From Candidatus Omnitrophota bacterium (lineage in GTDB: Bacteria; Omnitrophota; Gorgyraeia; Duberdicusellales; 4484-171): 64,000 bases of DNA. A model generated the notes under the pieces. The model saw only the letters and a program-made list of their open reading frames with translations. It ran no database searches and had not been told where the DNA came from. Where the stretch lies: NCBI GenBank assembly GCA_024231025.1, contig JAAEQW010000312.1, positions 3,238-67,237 of the forward strand, written 5' to 3'. Shown in pieces: positions 27,385 to 38,777 of this stretch. Position numbers and translations under genes: made by a program. How positions within the stretch are numbered: the first letter of the stretch is position 1; every line of letters starts with the position of its first letter.

Positions 27385-27460
27385 TGGTGGACCGAAGCGG
27401 AGTCGAACCGCCGACCTCCTCGTTGCGAACGAGGCGTTCTCCCAACTGAACTACCGGCCC
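27385..27460 (-). tRNA. tRNA-Ala (CGC)
   Basis: GGGCCGG acceptor with G3-U70, anticodon arm CCTCG-TTCGCAA-CGAGG, encoded CCA. Confidence 0.95.
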
Positions 27461-27461
27461 A

Positions 27462-27640
27462 TAAAATTTACGAAGTAAATTTTAGAGCATTGGAGCATTC
27501 GATCATTAGAGCATTAGAAAAATGCAACAATGCGGTCAAATGTTCTAATGTTCACATTTAAAATAACCCGTAAAATTTACGAAGTAAATTTTAAAGTCCC
27601 GAAACTTCGGGACGATCTATTGCTCAATTGTTCTATTTTC
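27462..27640. repeat. Octamer-periodic repeat region with a duplicated hairpin
   Basis: TTAGAGCA-like 8-mers x4 and complementary TGTTCTAA units; TAAAATTTAC-GAA-GTAAATTTTA at 27462 and 27571; GTCCCGA/TCGGGAC hairpin. Confidence 0.65.
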
Positions 27641-27662
27641 ACTCTACCAAATCATCTAAATA

Positions 27663-27717
27663 AAAAGGGACGGACACCTTTTTAAAATCTTTTCACAGAA
27701 AAGTGTCTGTCCCCTTT
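27663..27717. repeat. Long inverted repeat (REP-like or terminator) after the PilX-like gene
   Basis: AAAAGGGACGGACAC ... GTGTCTGTCCCCTTT. Confidence 0.55.
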
Positions 27718-28040
27718 TAATAATTTACATCAATCGTAAGTGTATCCGTACCATCAACCCCCGTACCAGAAGTTCGACTAGCGTTTACTGGGATTCCCGC
27801 ACCGTAGCCAAGAACTCCCGAACCAAACGTATTCAAATTAGATGTAGTATCACTTCGTCGCAACGTTTCTAGATTATGGACCATTCCTGCTTGGGCAGCA
27901 AAAAAAGCCCGCAACCTTTTTATCTTATGTTCAGCAATACGCGACTCCTGAGTCATAAGGGATAATGCAGCAACAACCAAGGTAGAAACCACCAACAACA
28001 CACCTAAAACGGTAATTAAAACCATCGCCTTGCGCTGCAT
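27717..28040 (-). CDS. PilX-like minor pilin/pseudopilin
   Basis: MQRKA-MVLITVLGVLLVV hydrophobic helix then RAFFAAQAG; start trimmed. Confidence 0.7.
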   Translation of the reverse strand: MQRKAMVLITVLGVLLVVSTLVVAALSLMTQESRIAEHKIKRLRAFFAAQAGMVHNLETLRRSDTTSNLNTFGSGVLGYGAGIPVNASRTSGTGVDGTDTLTIDVNY

Positions 28041-28042
28041 AA

Positions 28043-28255
28043 TTAATTTGCGATTGTTTCTCTTAGGGAGATCGTGTAAGTATCGGCTTCGATCAAGACT
28101 TTTACATGCCCCTCTCTGGCTAGCCATCCCAAACTCATAAGAACCATCTCCCGCGGTTTATCTATATCCTCAACAAGACAAGCGAGTGTTATCTCGCCTC
28201 TCTTGTCCAATACGTGCCAAATCTCCCCAGCAATAATTCCGATTTCAGTAATCAT
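28043..28255 (-). CDS. Small winged helix-turn-helix protein (DUF2582-like)
   Basis: IGIIAGEIWHVL...MSLGWLAREG. Confidence 0.8.
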   Translation of the reverse strand: MITEIGIIAGEIWHVLDKRGEITLACLVEDIDKPREMVLMSLGWLAREGHVKVLIEADTYTISLRETIAN

Positions 28256-28382
28256 TATTAAAATTGTAACACCCGCCTTATCCTTGTCCAGATAAATTTA
28301 CCCCTCAGGCAATTACCCAACCCATTAATGCATTCATAAACACGTAAAATACCCTTTAAATTAAGGAATAATTGCCATATTT

Positions 28383-28781
28383 TCATTCTGCGTAAGTAGT
28401 AGCAATTCCTATTTTTTCTACCCCGGATTTCTTGCAAATATCCCAAATTCCAACAACTCCTCCAACGCTGGCGTCTCTATCGGCTTTTATAAAAATTGAA
28501 CTATATTTGTCTTTAGCCATTACGGCTCCTACTTCCTCTAGAGTTCTAGGCTCACCTTGAAAATAAATTATATCCTCACTCGATACAACAATTGTCAAAG
28601 TCCGCGCGTTAACTTCTTCTGATGTAATTGCCTTAGGTAGTTTTATATTAATTCCCGGTATAACGATAAAACTGGATGTAAGCATAAAAAATATCAGAAG
28701 CAGGAAAACACAATCAATGAGCGGAGCAATGTCAATTTGGCACAATCCCGCCTCAACTTTAACTCGTTTTTTAAACCTCAC
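28383..28781 (-). CDS. exbD: Biopolymer transporter ExbD/TolR
   Basis: IDIAPLIDCVFLLLIFFML, IKADR. Confidence 0.9.
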   Translation of the reverse strand: MRFKKRVKVEAGLCQIDIAPLIDCVFLLLIFFMLTSSFIVIPGINIKLPKAITSEEVNARTLTIVVSSEDIIYFQGEPRTLEEVGAVMAKDKYSSIFIKADRDASVGGVVGIWDICKKSGVEKIGIATTYAE

Positions 28782-29412
28782 CGGAATACCTTCGTTGAGA
28801 CAGTGCCTCTAATAATTCGGTCGCGCCTCTTTCGGTGTCTAAAACAGCCATATTTACGCGATGAACAAAGTAATTATAAGCAATATATGTGGGTATTGCT
28901 ACACACAGCCCCACAACTGTGGTAAGTAAAGCTTCCCATATTCCTCCTGCTAAATCTGAAGGGTTAACCAAACCAACACTCGCGGCTTTTTGCTCAATAA
29001 CATAAAAACATTTAACTAACCCCACAACCGTTCCTAAAAGGCCCAAAAGAGGAGAAATGTGAGCAATTGTACCTAAAAAATTAAGATTTTTTTCCAGTTT
29101 TGGTATTTCATAAAGTGATGCATCCTCCATCGCTTCTTTTATGATCTCTTTTGGCGCATCACAGCGAAACAAACCCGCTTTTACGATGTTGGTTACGTGA
29201 AAGGGTTTCGCTTTGCAAATATTAATTGCTTCAGTAATTCGATTTTTTTTAACAGCTTCTAATATTTTTGGCATAATCGAGGATGTCACGGATCGGTTAC
29301 TCGTGCTAAAAAAATAAAAAAACATGCGCTCCAGCATAATTGCCAGTGAAAAAAACGAACACGCCCCTATTGGCACCATCAGCCAACCACCTCTTGCAAT
29401 CAAATCCCACAT
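28771..29412 (-). CDS. exbB: MotA/TolQ/ExbB proton channel protein
   Basis: SPLLGLLGTV.G, GGIWEALLTT.GL..AIP. Confidence 0.9.
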   Translation of the reverse strand: MWDLIARGGWLMVPIGACSFFSLAIMLERMFFYFFSTSNRSVTSSIMPKILEAVKKNRITEAINICKAKPFHVTNIVKAGLFRCDAPKEIIKEAMEDASLYEIPKLEKNLNFLGTIAHISPLLGLLGTVVGLVKCFYVIEQKAASVGLVNPSDLAGGIWEALLTTVVGLCVAIPTYIAYNYFVHRVNMAVLDTERGATELLEALSQRRYSGEV

Positions 29413-29446
29413 ATTACCTCCTCAATAATTATCCGATTCTGTCAAA

Positions 29447-29606
29447 ATTACAAGACACAAGCTACAAACAAATCCCCCGCCTGCCGGCGGGCAGGCAATT
29501 CCAAATGTTCAAAATATCAAACAAAATAAGACATTATTGTTTTGATCATTTGGTTTTTGGTAATTGAAAATTGTTTGTGGTTTGAAATTTGTCATTTGTA
29601 ATTTCA
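29447..29606. repeat. Heptamer-periodic imperfect palindrome carrying a 20-bp GC hairpin
   Basis: TTACAAG/ACACAAG units on the left, TTGTAAT-type units on the right; CCGCCTGCCGGCGGGCAGGC at 29477-29496. Confidence 0.65.
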
Positions 29607-29670
29607 TTTTTTTATAAGATCTTGACGCTATAAATTACCAATATATTGCACATCACCTATCAAATTAACA

Positions 29671-30591
29671 TTATTTAAAGGTTTCGTCTGCCCCTCTAAT
29701 CAAACCGGAAGGAATAGTAATACCTAAAAACTTGGCAGTTTTCAAGTTTAATACATAACCCACTTTGCGCGGTGAAGCAATCGCTATTTTACCGGCGTCT
29801 TTACCGTCTAAAACCTTACCAATCAGCTCACCAGTCTGCTTACCAACATCCTTATAATCATAAGTATAACTTACCAGCGCTCCTGCCTTAACAAGATATG
29901 GAGTGAAACCTATCGCTGGAATTTTATTTTTCAACGTAAAATTCAAAATAAGCGGCAAAGTATCTTTCGTGCAAACTTTAGAATCAGTCATAATCCAAAG
30001 AGAATCAATTTTACCAACTAAAGTGCGCAAGGTTTTGGGTACTTGTGTAGAAACAGCTACCTCAACGGCCACTATTTCTATGCCTAATGAACTCGCAATT
30101 TTTTTAGCATCAGCAATCATCGCAGCGCTTCCAGGACTATACATAACACCTACTTTCTTTATACTCGGTGCTATCCTCTTAAATAGTTCTAATTGAGGTT
30201 TTGCAGCAATGTCTAAAGATGCACCAGTTATATTTTGACCAGAAGGGCCAAGATTGCTAATAATTTTAGATTTCACTGCACCCAAAATCATTGTAAATAC
30301 TATTGGTGTGTCTGTTATAGCGTTCTTAACCTTTCTTGTCGCATTTGTACCAACAGGGCAAATAACATCATACTTCTTAGCCTTGAGTTTGTTTAAAAAT
30401 TCAGGATCTTTATAATCATAAATATCAGCCGTAATTCCATAACCACTGGTGAGAAGATACTTTTTAGCGGTATCTACAGCCTCGGTAAAAGTAGGTATTT
30501 TCGCATTAGAAATAAATGCTATATTTTCAGCATAACCCCTAACACAGAAAAAACACAAAAATAAAATTAATAATTTCGTACACTTTCTCAT
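29671..30591 (-). CDS. ABC-type substrate-binding protein (ABC_sub_bind family)
   Basis: Signal peptide; PIVF, NITG, G.QTG, NLKTAKFLGITIP. Confidence 0.85.
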   Translation of the reverse strand: MRKCTKLLILFLCFFCVRGYAENIAFISNAKIPTFTEAVDTAKKYLLTSGYGITADIYDYKDPEFLNKLKAKKYDVICPVGTNATRKVKNAITDTPIVFTMILGAVKSKIISNLGPSGQNITGASLDIAAKPQLELFKRIAPSIKKVGVMYSPGSAAMIADAKKIASSLGIEIVAVEVAVSTQVPKTLRTLVGKIDSLWIMTDSKVCTKDTLPLILNFTLKNKIPAIGFTPYLVKAGALVSYTYDYKDVGKQTGELIGKVLDGKDAGKIAIASPRKVGYVLNLKTAKFLGITIPSGLIRGADETFK

Positions 30592-30600
30592 AATATTCTT

Positions 30601-32439
30601 CTATAACTTAAACTTAGCCGATGAATCTCTCAAGTTCTCGGCAATCTTCTTTAAATTTTCAATTGAAGCTGATATCTCTTCAAAAGTAGCAACCTGTTCT
30701 TCAGTTGAAGCACTTGCTTCTTCTGCATTCGCAGTGGTTTCTTCAAAAGATGCAGCAATGCCTTCAACCTGGGAGGCAATATCTTTTGCCGCCTTAGTAA
30801 TATCTTTAAAACTCTTTCCGGCCTCATGACTAACATTAGTCGATTCACCAACCTCTGTTGCTACTGTTTCAACAGCAGTAACCACCCGGGTCGTCTCAAC
30901 CTGCACTTCACGAATTAATTGAGCAATTTCACCGGCGCTATGCGCACTACCTTCGGCAAGTTTTCTAACCTCACCGGCAACAACAGCAAAACCTCTACCA
31001 GCTTCTCCAGCACGAGCAGCTTCAATTGTCGCGTTTAGAGATAGTAAATTAGTCTGATCCGCAACTTTAGTTATGTAATTAATAATGTCACCAATTTGCA
31101 TTGAGCACTTACCCAAATTATTAATTAACTCCACAGTTTGAAAAGCGCTCTCTTTGGAATGTGAAACCTTATCGATAACAATACTAATCGTTTCATCACC
31201 AGCCTGAGCAAGAGCCGATGTTCTCTGAGCAACCGAAGCTACAGCTTGAGTCGCGCTTGAAATCTTTGTAATTGAACTAGATATCTGGTTAACATTTGAA
31301 GCCATCTGAGATACTGTTTCACTAGACGCCGTAGAAAGAGAAGCCATTTCATTAGCACGAGAATGGATTTGGCCACTTGAATCTTGAATTTGTGAAATTA
31401 GGTCTTTTAGTCCCATGATCATCGTCGATAAGGCATTACCAAAAACATCATTCGTTGAGCGAGGTTTTACTTCAGCGGTTAAATTACCTTGGGCAACTAA
31501 TTGAGCAATTTTTGCCATATCCCTCAGATAAGTAACCATTTCCTTAAAAGCTTCCCCTAATTCATCCTTATCGGAACGGGGGTGTATTTCAACATTCAAA
31601 TCGCCCTGAGAAATTGACAAAGCATGACCAGTGGTTTCACCCAAATAACCTACCATTTGATTAAAGGCAGTAGCAAAATCACCGATTTCATCATGAGTTT
31701 TAATCTTGACTGGATCTTGCGATTCTCCACGGCAAATTCTTTGCATCTTTGTAATAATCTGCTTCAGAGGACTCAACATTCGATGCGACATAATAATAAT
31801 CGCACCTATGCCAAGTAGCGCTATAAGTATAGTAACAAGAAAAATATTTCTTTTTATTTCCTGCAGTTCCCCGCCAATTCGAACTGTTGACATAGTTACC
31901 TGAATAATGCCGATATCTTCCTGTGTGAATTCGGTAGCGGATAATTCTTCTTCGGGCTCTTCTTCACCAAAACCCATCATCGCCTCAAAGCCGCCCATTT
32001 CTTCAGCTGGTGCGGTCTGGGCTATTTTACTAACAACCGGAATAGATATGATAATTGTACTTTCCCCGATGTATTGAATCATTTTACCGGCTAAGCCATT
32101 CTCTTCGACAGAGCTTTCAACTATTGATCCAGCCTTATCCTCAAGACTATGAGCCAAAATTCTGCCATCTTTGGTGATAATCGCCACTTTAGTCACATCT
32201 TTTTCGGTCATCGCCCCTTCTACAAACCCCTTAAGGCTCGAAATATCCTCAGCTAGAATGCTAAATTGACAGTTACTAGCAATCCCATGGGCAACGGTTT
32301 GGCCTCGTTCTTCTAAAGCAGCTAAAAGTAAGGTGCGTTGACGCTCAATCAAATAGTAGCTGAATACCGAGGCCATAATAATTATTAGGACCGCGGTATA
32401 GATAATTAACTTATATTGTAAACCAATTCGTATTTTCAT
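30601..32439 (-). CDS. Methyl-accepting chemotaxis protein with HAMP domains
   Basis: Two TM helices, HAMP (DEIG..FNQM), [27 protein letters not shown]. Confidence 0.95.
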   Translation of the reverse strand: MKIRIGLQYKLIIYTAVLIIIMASVFSYYLIERQRTLLLAALEERGQTVAHGIASNCQFSILAEDISSLKGFVEGAMTEKDVTKVAIITKDGRILAHSLEDKAGSIVESSVEENGLAGKMIQYIGESTIIISIPVVSKIAQTAPAEEMGGFEAMMGFGEEEPEEELSATEFTQEDIGIIQVTMSTVRIGGELQEIKRNIFLVTILIALLGIGAIIIMSHRMLSPLKQIITKMQRICRGESQDPVKIKTHDEIGDFATAFNQMVGYLGETTGHALSISQGDLNVEIHPRSDKDELGEAFKEMVTYLRDMAKIAQLVAQGNLTAEVKPRSTNDVFGNALSTMIMGLKDLISQIQDSSGQIHSRANEMASLSTASSETVSQMASNVNQISSSITKISSATQAVASVAQRTSALAQAGDETISIVIDKVSHSKESAFQTVELINNLGKCSMQIGDIINYITKVADQTNLLSLNATIEAARAGEAGRGFAVVAGEVRKLAEGSAHSAGEIAQLIREVQVETTRVVTAVETVATEVGESTNVSHEAGKSFKDITKAAKDIASQVEGIAASFEETTANAEEASASTEEQVATFEEISASIENLKKIAENLRDSSAKFKL

Positions 32440-32484
32440 AATTCCTCCTTATTATATGTAACTTTATAGTTTAAAGACATAAAT

Positions 32485-32513
32485 ATTCTATATAAATTAA
32501 GGATGATTGTCAA
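32485..32513 (-). promoter_or_regulatory. sigma70 promoter of the MCP-SBP pair
   Basis: TTGACA-N17-TAGAAT. Confidence 0.65.
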
Positions 32514-32563
32514 TTAAACTAACAACAATGATTCAGTGATAAGAATTAAGAATTAAAGATTAC

Positions 32564-32723
32564 GTAGGGGCACAGCACGCTGTGCCCCCTTTATTGTTTT
32601 CATTATCGTTAATCCAATTTATGGGATTATTGATAATATATTTACGGATTTTAATTGCGGATTTGGTAACGAGGTATTATTTAATGAAATTGTCCACAAG
32701 GGCACAGCACGCTGTGCCCCTAC
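32564..32723. mobile_element. REPIN-like element: two inverted GTAG-REPs enclosing a RAYT (TnpA-REP) C-terminal remnant
   Basis: GTAGGGGCACAGCACGCTGTGCCCC and inverted GGGCACAGCACGCTGTGCCCCTAC; interior minus strand reads KIRKYIINNPINWIND. Confidence 0.75.
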
Positions 32724-32742
32724 TTACAACTAAACCAACGGT

Positions 32743-35157
32743 CTATGGTCTTAGGTGTTTTATTTTTTCTTTGGCGATTTTCGCTTCTTTTGTACCGAGC
32801 TTAATTATTTCTCGATAAATTCTCTCTGCCTCTTTATTCTGATTTTGCTTTTCATGAATACGTGCAATACGAAAATACGATTTAACTTTAAAATCATTAT
32901 CGCTAGATGTACTAATTATTTTAAGATACTGTTTTATCGCTTCCTGCTCATTACTCACTTTCTCTAGGCAACTCGCCAAAGCAAAAATTACATTCGATGA
33001 ATCGTTGCCATTTTCTATTACTCGATTAAAAAGCTTTATTGCTTTGTCGTATTCTTTTTCTTGTTTATAAATATGTGCCTTATCTAATAAGGCCAGTAGA
33101 ACAATCGACGCGTCAGTTGCAATTAACTCATCATAAATTTTTATTGCTGCTTGCGTTTCCCCTTCGAGCTTATTTATTTTGGCCAAATACAGCCTCGCCT
33201 TTAGAAAGAAATCCGTGTCATGTTCAGTCACTTTGCTTAAATATCTGCGAGCCTCATTTAAATTTCCTTTTCGCCAATAAAGATGGCCCAAAGAAAAAAG
33301 CGCTTCGCCTCTTAATTGAGAATTTTTAAAATTCCCTAAGGCAATCTTGTAATGCTTAACAGCTTTTTTATAATTTTCCTCCATTTCATATAAATCACCT
33401 AAATACAGTGCCACTAACCCACTATACTCAGACCGAGGAAAGCTGCGTAAAAAGCCTTTCCATGTTTTTTTTGCCTCATTAAATAACGATAAGTTAAAAT
33501 AAGCATTTCCTAAGTCGATGCGAACCAACATAGCAATTTCTTTATCTTGGGCTACTCGCCCTTTAAGCATTTTTACTGTTTTTTTAAAAATATCTACCGC
33601 GCTACTGTAATCTTTTTGATTAAAGAAACATTTTCCATAAAGATAATACACACTTACCAGAAGACTATCGTCAGAAAATTTTTCCGTAAAATCTTTCAAC
33701 AAAATCCCTGCTTGAGCATATTCTTCACGACTGAAATACACCATTGCCAAATAGTACTGCGTTTGGGGTATAAGTTTTGAATTAGGGAAATTTTTCTTTA
33801 GATTTTCGAAAGTGAGTGCTGCTCTATCGAATTTCTTTGTTTTAAGAAAAATATTACCAACTTGGAATTGAATATAATCAGCATAGATCGTCTTTGAGTC
33901 AGATTTTAATATCCTGTTATAAATATCCAACGCGGCCTTGTATTCTTTTGCCTCTTGATAAGCATCAGCAATCTGAATTTGCGAACTTATTTTGACTACA
34001 GAATTATCGGTGTATTCTAAGATATTTTTGAATTCCGTTATTGCCCTTTTAAATTCGCCGTTTTTAAGATAGCACCAAGCTAAACCATAATAAGCACTGT
34101 TGGTAGTCTCCGCACGTTCAGAAGTAGAAAATTCCTCGATTACATATGCATACATCGAAAGAGAATCGTTAATGCGGCCCATTTCGTATAAAACATCAGC
34201 TTTTTTTAAATAAACTGCTGCTTTAAATTCACTGTTTTTAAATTTTTTTAGAAATGATTCCAACAGGCCTAACGCTTTAACGTATTGCTTTGTTTTAAAA
34301 TAATATATTGCCTCAGCCAAAAGGCGAAGCTCATTGCTCTTTATGCCGTTGATTCTTATCTTAGCTTGCTTTTTTTGCCCATTAGCTAAGAATGTAAGCA
34401 TCATGTTGTGATGGATTGAATCATTACGACTGCCATCGCCTACACTCAATGCCTTGTGATACCAAGCTAAAGCTTTATCAAAGTTCTGCCCGAGGCGATT
34501 GCTTTCGGCGATATAATAATAAATCTTCCCTTTAAGCGGCCCAAAGGGATATTTTCTTATATAATCTTGCCCCAAGGCCTCCATCGCAGAATAATTGCCA
34601 TTTTTAAAGTATATTGGTAACAGCTTGGTGTAAGAATTTTTGCTAATCTCCTCATCGGATGTATTTTTGATTATTTTCTCAAAAATTGTTTCTGCTTTTT
34701 TACTTTGCCCAAGCTCATAAAAGTTGCTGGCAGATAAGTAGTTGGCTAGCGATATAAATTTTGATTGAGGGTATTTCTCTAGGACTTTTTCGGAGAACTT
34801 AAGTGATTCTTCATACTCTTTCTTTTTGAAATAAACTTGTGAAAACCAACAATAAATCTCATCTAAAATAGTTTCTGATTTGCGATTACTAGCAACATCA
34901 CTAAGAATGCTTAGCGCCTTGGAATAATCTTTCTTAAAATAATGGGATTTAGCAAGATACAATTTTGCTTGTGATGTTTTTTCGCTTTCTGGAAAACTTT
35001 CTATAAAGCGCTCAAACAAAGACACTCCGGCTTCATAAAAACCATCAGAAAACGCTTCAGATGCAAGAAGAAAGCTCTCATCTTCTTTATTTGAAGAAAA
35101 AACAGAACTAGCCAATAATAAAAAAAATATAAATTGTATTAGAAATTTCTTTAACAT
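32743..35157 (-). CDS. Exported multi-TPR protein (BamD/CpoB-like repeats)
   Basis: Signal peptide; many TPRs with FP.S / YP.S turns. Confidence 0.85.
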   Translation of the reverse strand: MLKKFLIQFIFFLLLASSVFSSNKEDESFLLASEAFSDGFYEAGVSLFERFIESFPESEKTSQAKLYLAKSHYFKKDYSKALSILSDVASNRKSETILDEIYCWFSQVYFKKKEYEESLKFSEKVLEKYPQSKFISLANYLSASNFYELGQSKKAETIFEKIIKNTSDEEISKNSYTKLLPIYFKNGNYSAMEALGQDYIRKYPFGPLKGKIYYYIAESNRLGQNFDKALAWYHKALSVGDGSRNDSIHHNMMLTFLANGQKKQAKIRINGIKSNELRLLAEAIYYFKTKQYVKALGLLESFLKKFKNSEFKAAVYLKKADVLYEMGRINDSLSMYAYVIEEFSTSERAETTNSAYYGLAWCYLKNGEFKRAITEFKNILEYTDNSVVKISSQIQIADAYQEAKEYKAALDIYNRILKSDSKTIYADYIQFQVGNIFLKTKKFDRAALTFENLKKNFPNSKLIPQTQYYLAMVYFSREEYAQAGILLKDFTEKFSDDSLLVSVYYLYGKCFFNQKDYSSAVDIFKKTVKMLKGRVAQDKEIAMLVRIDLGNAYFNLSLFNEAKKTWKGFLRSFPRSEYSGLVALYLGDLYEMEENYKKAVKHYKIALGNFKNSQLRGEALFSLGHLYWRKGNLNEARRYLSKVTEHDTDFFLKARLYLAKINKLEGETQAAIKIYDELIATDASIVLLALLDKAHIYKQEKEYDKAIKLFNRVIENGNDSSNVIFALASCLEKVSNEQEAIKQYLKIISTSSDNDFKVKSYFRIARIHEKQNQNKEAERIYREIIKLGTKEAKIAKEKIKHLRP

Positions 35158-37946
35158 TTCTTTAGTTTGCTTTTTAAAAACTGACCGGTGTACGAAGCTT
35201 TACATCTAACGATTTCCTCCGGCGAACCGCTCACAACAAGCTTACCCCCGCACTCGCCCCCTCCGGGTCCTAAATCAACTACGTAATCTGAACATTTTAT
35301 TACATCAAGATTATGCTCGATAACTAAAAGTGTATTTTTTTTGTCTACTAACCTTTGCAAAACTGAAAGAAGTTTTTTAACATCCTCAAAATGAAGCCCG
35401 GTAGTCGGCTCATCAAGAATATAAAGAGTTTTGCCGGTAGCTCTTTTCCTTAGTTGTGAAGCAAGCTTAATACGTTGCGCTTCACCACCGGATAAAGTTG
35501 TAGCAGATTGGCCCAAGGCAATATAGCCAAGTCCAACATCACATAGTGTTTGTAAAATATTTCGTATTTTAGGGAAATTTTCAAATAAATCAAAAGCGAA
35601 ATCAACACTCATGCCAAGAACATCCGAAATGTTCTTTCCTTTAAATTTAACCTCCATAGTCTGCTTGTTAAACCTGGCGCCATTGCAAATCTGACAATTA
35701 ACATGTACGTCCGGAAGAAAGTGCATTTCAATTTTTTTGGTTCCATCACCACAACACGATTCGCACCGGCCACCTGATACATTAAAACTAAATCGTGCCG
35801 GCTTATATCCACGCCTGCGGGATTCAGGCAGCTGACTAAATAGCTCTCTTATGTAAGTGAACATTCCAGTATAAGTTGCCGGATTGGAACGCGGAGTTCT
35901 GCCAATCGGTGATTGGTCAACGATTACAACCTTATCGATTAAATCAATACCTTTTACTGAAGTATGTTTTCCGGGTTTAATTTTCGAATCATAAATATTT
36001 CTTGCTAAAGCTTTATAAAGTATGTCCTCTACTAATGTTGACTTTCCCGAACCTGACACTCCAGTTACGCAAACAAAATTCCCCAAAGGAATAGTCACAT
36101 TTATATTTTTTAAATTATGTTCTTTTGCTCCTCTAATAATTAGCGATGTTTTTTTGTTTTGCGGTCTTCTTTTGCTGGGAAGATTTATTTTTTCCTTACC
36201 AGTTAAATACTTAGACGTAAGAGTTTTAGCTTTCAAAACATCTTTTCTGTTTCCTGAATAAACTATCTCCCCACCTTTAGTACCCGCCCCGGGCCCCAGA
36301 TCGATGATCCAGTCAGCAATCTTTATCATCTGTTCATCATGTTCAACAACGATAACCGTATTGCCTAAATTTTTTAAATCAACTAAAGTCTTGATTAATT
36401 TTTTATCATCTCGAGGATGAAGACCAATGGTTGGTTCATCAAGAATATAAATAACACCACTCAATGATGATCCCACTTGAGTAGCAAGCCTAATACGCTG
36501 CACTTCACCACCGGAAAGAGTAGAGCTAAACCGATCCAAAGAAAGATAATTTAAGCCTACATCGATACAAAATTTAAGACGTTTTTTAATTTCTTTTATA
36601 ACGTGATGAGCAATCTTTTCTTCATGCGCACTTAAATGCAGCTTTGAGAAAAATTTGAAGGCTCGTTCAATATCCATCGTCACTACATCCCAAATGGATT
36701 TGCCACCAACGTATACTGTTAAACTCTCTTTTCTAAGCCGGGCCCCTTTACATTGAGGACACGGTAATTTTGACATATATTTAGCAATTTGCTCTCGGCG
36801 ATAATCACTATCAGTTGTGCGAAACAAGCGCTCTGAATTTGGAATAACTCCTTCATATGGCCTACCCCAAACATGAATTTGATCACTCCCGTAAAGAATG
36901 TCTTTTTGGTTTTTCTTAGATAAGCGACAAAATGGAGTATCAATTGAAATATCAAGCTCCCTGGCAACTTGACGCAATAATGCCCGATAATACATAGTGT
37001 AGCCGCGCGAACCAGTTCGCCAAATTTGGATTACACCTTCTTTTAGCGAACGGTTCTTATCCGCAATAATTAAGTCAGAATCTAACTCTAATTTTGTACC
37101 CAATCCGTTACAGGCAGAACATGCCCCGTAAGGAGAATTAAAAGAAAACATCCGTGGTGTAAGCTCGCTTAAGGAAATTCCGCACTCAGAACAACTTAGG
37201 CGACTATTAAAAAGTTTTTCGCTGGAGCCGGTTTCATCACAAACCAATACTAAACCATCTGAATATTTTAAAGCAGTTTCAATTGAATCCGAAATTCGTT
37301 TCTTATATTCCCGAGAAACTTTTATCCGATCAACAACGATCTCAATATTATGCGTTTTATATTTAGCAAGCTTAATTTCTTCCTGTAAGTCATATATATT
37401 ACCGTTAACTCGAACGCGGACGAACCCTTCCTTCAAAAGACGGCTAAATAGTGCTTGGTACTGACCTTTTTTACCTTTTACAATGGGTGATAAGATATAA
37501 ATCTTATGATTTTTAGGCATAGTCAATACTTTATCAATGATCTCCTGGGAACTCTGTTTGTGTATTGGCTTTAAGCATTTATAGCAATGAGGGCGCCCGA
37601 TACGGGCAAAAAGCAAACGCAAATAATCATAAATTTCAGTTTGAGTAGCAACAATCGAACGCGGAGACCCCCCTGCGGTGCGCTGCTCGATAGCAATTGC
37701 CGGAGATAAACCTTCAATATGCTCAACATCAGGTTTTTGGAGTTGTTGAAGAAACTGACGAGCATAGCTCGATAAACTTTCCACATAGCGGCGCTGACCC
37801 TCGGCAAAAATTGTATCAAAGGCAAGCGATGATTTGCCCGAGCCTGAAAGCCCGGTGATAACGGTGAGTTTATTTTTGGGAATTTTTACATTGATGTTCT
37901 TTAAATTATGCTCCTTGGCGCCTTGAATAACAATGTAATCATTCAT
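35151..37946 (-). CDS. uvrA: Excinuclease ABC subunit A
   Basis: [14 protein letters not shown], two ABC cassettes, LSGGE, Zn fingers. Confidence 0.99.
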   Translation of the reverse strand: MNDYIVIQGAKEHNLKNINVKIPKNKLTVITGLSGSGKSSLAFDTIFAEGQRRYVESLSSYARQFLQQLQKPDVEHIEGLSPAIAIEQRTAGGSPRSIVATQTEIYDYLRLLFARIGRPHCYKCLKPIHKQSSQEIIDKVLTMPKNHKIYILSPIVKGKKGQYQALFSRLLKEGFVRVRVNGNIYDLQEEIKLAKYKTHNIEIVVDRIKVSREYKKRISDSIETALKYSDGLVLVCDETGSSEKLFNSRLSCSECGISLSELTPRMFSFNSPYGACSACNGLGTKLELDSDLIIADKNRSLKEGVIQIWRTGSRGYTMYYRALLRQVARELDISIDTPFCRLSKKNQKDILYGSDQIHVWGRPYEGVIPNSERLFRTTDSDYRREQIAKYMSKLPCPQCKGARLRKESLTVYVGGKSIWDVVTMDIERAFKFFSKLHLSAHEEKIAHHVIKEIKKRLKFCIDVGLNYLSLDRFSSTLSGGEVQRIRLATQVGSSLSGVIYILDEPTIGLHPRDDKKLIKTLVDLKNLGNTVIVVEHDEQMIKIADWIIDLGPGAGTKGGEIVYSGNRKDVLKAKTLTSKYLTGKEKINLPSKRRPQNKKTSLIIRGAKEHNLKNINVTIPLGNFVCVTGVSGSGKSTLVEDILYKALARNIYDSKIKPGKHTSVKGIDLIDKVVIVDQSPIGRTPRSNPATYTGMFTYIRELFSQLPESRRRGYKPARFSFNVSGGRCESCCGDGTKKIEMHFLPDVHVNCQICNGARFNKQTMEVKFKGKNISDVLGMSVDFAFDLFENFPKIRNILQTLCDVGLGYIALGQSATTLSGGEAQRIKLASQLRKRATGKTLYILDEPTTGLHFEDVKKLLSVLQRLVDKKNTLLVIEHNLDVIKCSDYVVDLGPGGGECGGKLVVSGSPEEIVRCKASYTGQFLKSKLKKC

Positions 37947-37948
37947 TT

Positions 37949-38758
37949 TTAGTTTCCTATTTTCAACGAAGAAAAAATCTTTTTCAGCATATACTGTGCC
38001 GAAAGTATAGCAAGGGTGCTGGTTTTAGGATTAACTGACGACGGAACATTCGCCACTTCAACGCAAATTTTTGCCTCTTTAGCATTAATTTCTATGCGAT
38101 GAGTATTTCTTTTTATTTTGGGATCAGCCTTAATGCAAACATTAACTTTACTGAAATTTGACACCAAAAGCAAGATTGCGGCAACATTTATATTTTTTGG
38201 AAAATGTTTTATCGCTTCGTTAACACTGCCATTGAATACAACTTTTTCTTTTTTCAAATTATTTAAATCTATTTTTTTATTCTTTAGATAGTCCGCGCCG
38301 ATCAATCCCTTTGGCGGTTTAGATGTAATCAGCGATATATCCTTTATATTGGCAACGCTTAGCGCACCTAAGCCATCGACCCCGCAAATCGCACCAGAAG
38401 GTATGTAAATATTGATTCCACACGCATCGGCTTTCTTGATTAACGCCTTATTCTCGATTAATGCTCCAACGCTTAAAATCATGACGTCTTTTTTATATTT
38501 GATCGCCTTAGCCAAAGTGAGCTTTGCCGCCTCTTTTGATGCCACCTCAACAATTAAATCAGCGCTCTTAATAAGGTCATCAAGCCCTAGAACTTTCGGA
38601 TGCGCTTTAAGTTTCTTTTTAAGAACGCATGCCTTTTCTGAATCAACATCACAAATCGCATAAATAAAAACTTTATCCTTTAGATTTTTGTCAACGAAAC
38701 AAGCTACCCCTGTGCCAATTCCTCCACAGCCAACAATACCAATTTTTGTTTTTTTCAT
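37949..38758 (-). CDS. nadX: L-aspartate dehydrogenase
   Basis: GCGGIG, SVGAL, PSGAICGVD, FPKNINVA, NPKTS. Confidence 0.9.
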   Translation of the reverse strand: MKKTKIGIVGCGGIGTGVACFVDKNLKDKVFIYAICDVDSEKACVLKKKLKAHPKVLGLDDLIKSADLIVEVASKEAAKLTLAKAIKYKKDVMILSVGALIENKALIKKADACGINIYIPSGAICGVDGLGALSVANIKDISLITSKPPKGLIGADYLKNKKIDLNNLKKEKVVFNGSVNEAIKHFPKNINVAAILLLVSNFSKVNVCIKADPKIKRNTHRIEINAKEAKICVEVANVPSSVNPKTSTLAILSAQYMLKKIFSSLKIGN

Positions 38759-38777
38759 TTTGCTCTCCTGTTGTTGA

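Noticed and set aside
27255-27449. 64-aa plus-strand ORF
   Set aside because: Overlaps tRNA-Ala and the amrB-amrA start on the opposite strand.
27462-27593. Two identical 23-bp palindromes as a mini-CRISPR
   Set aside because: Only two copies, an 86-nt spacer that is itself repetitive, and no cas genes.
28258-28446. Possible small gene or tonB remnant after exbD (MKIWQLF...)
   Set aside because: No TM anchor, Pro-rich linker or TonB C-terminal motif; cannot be supported.
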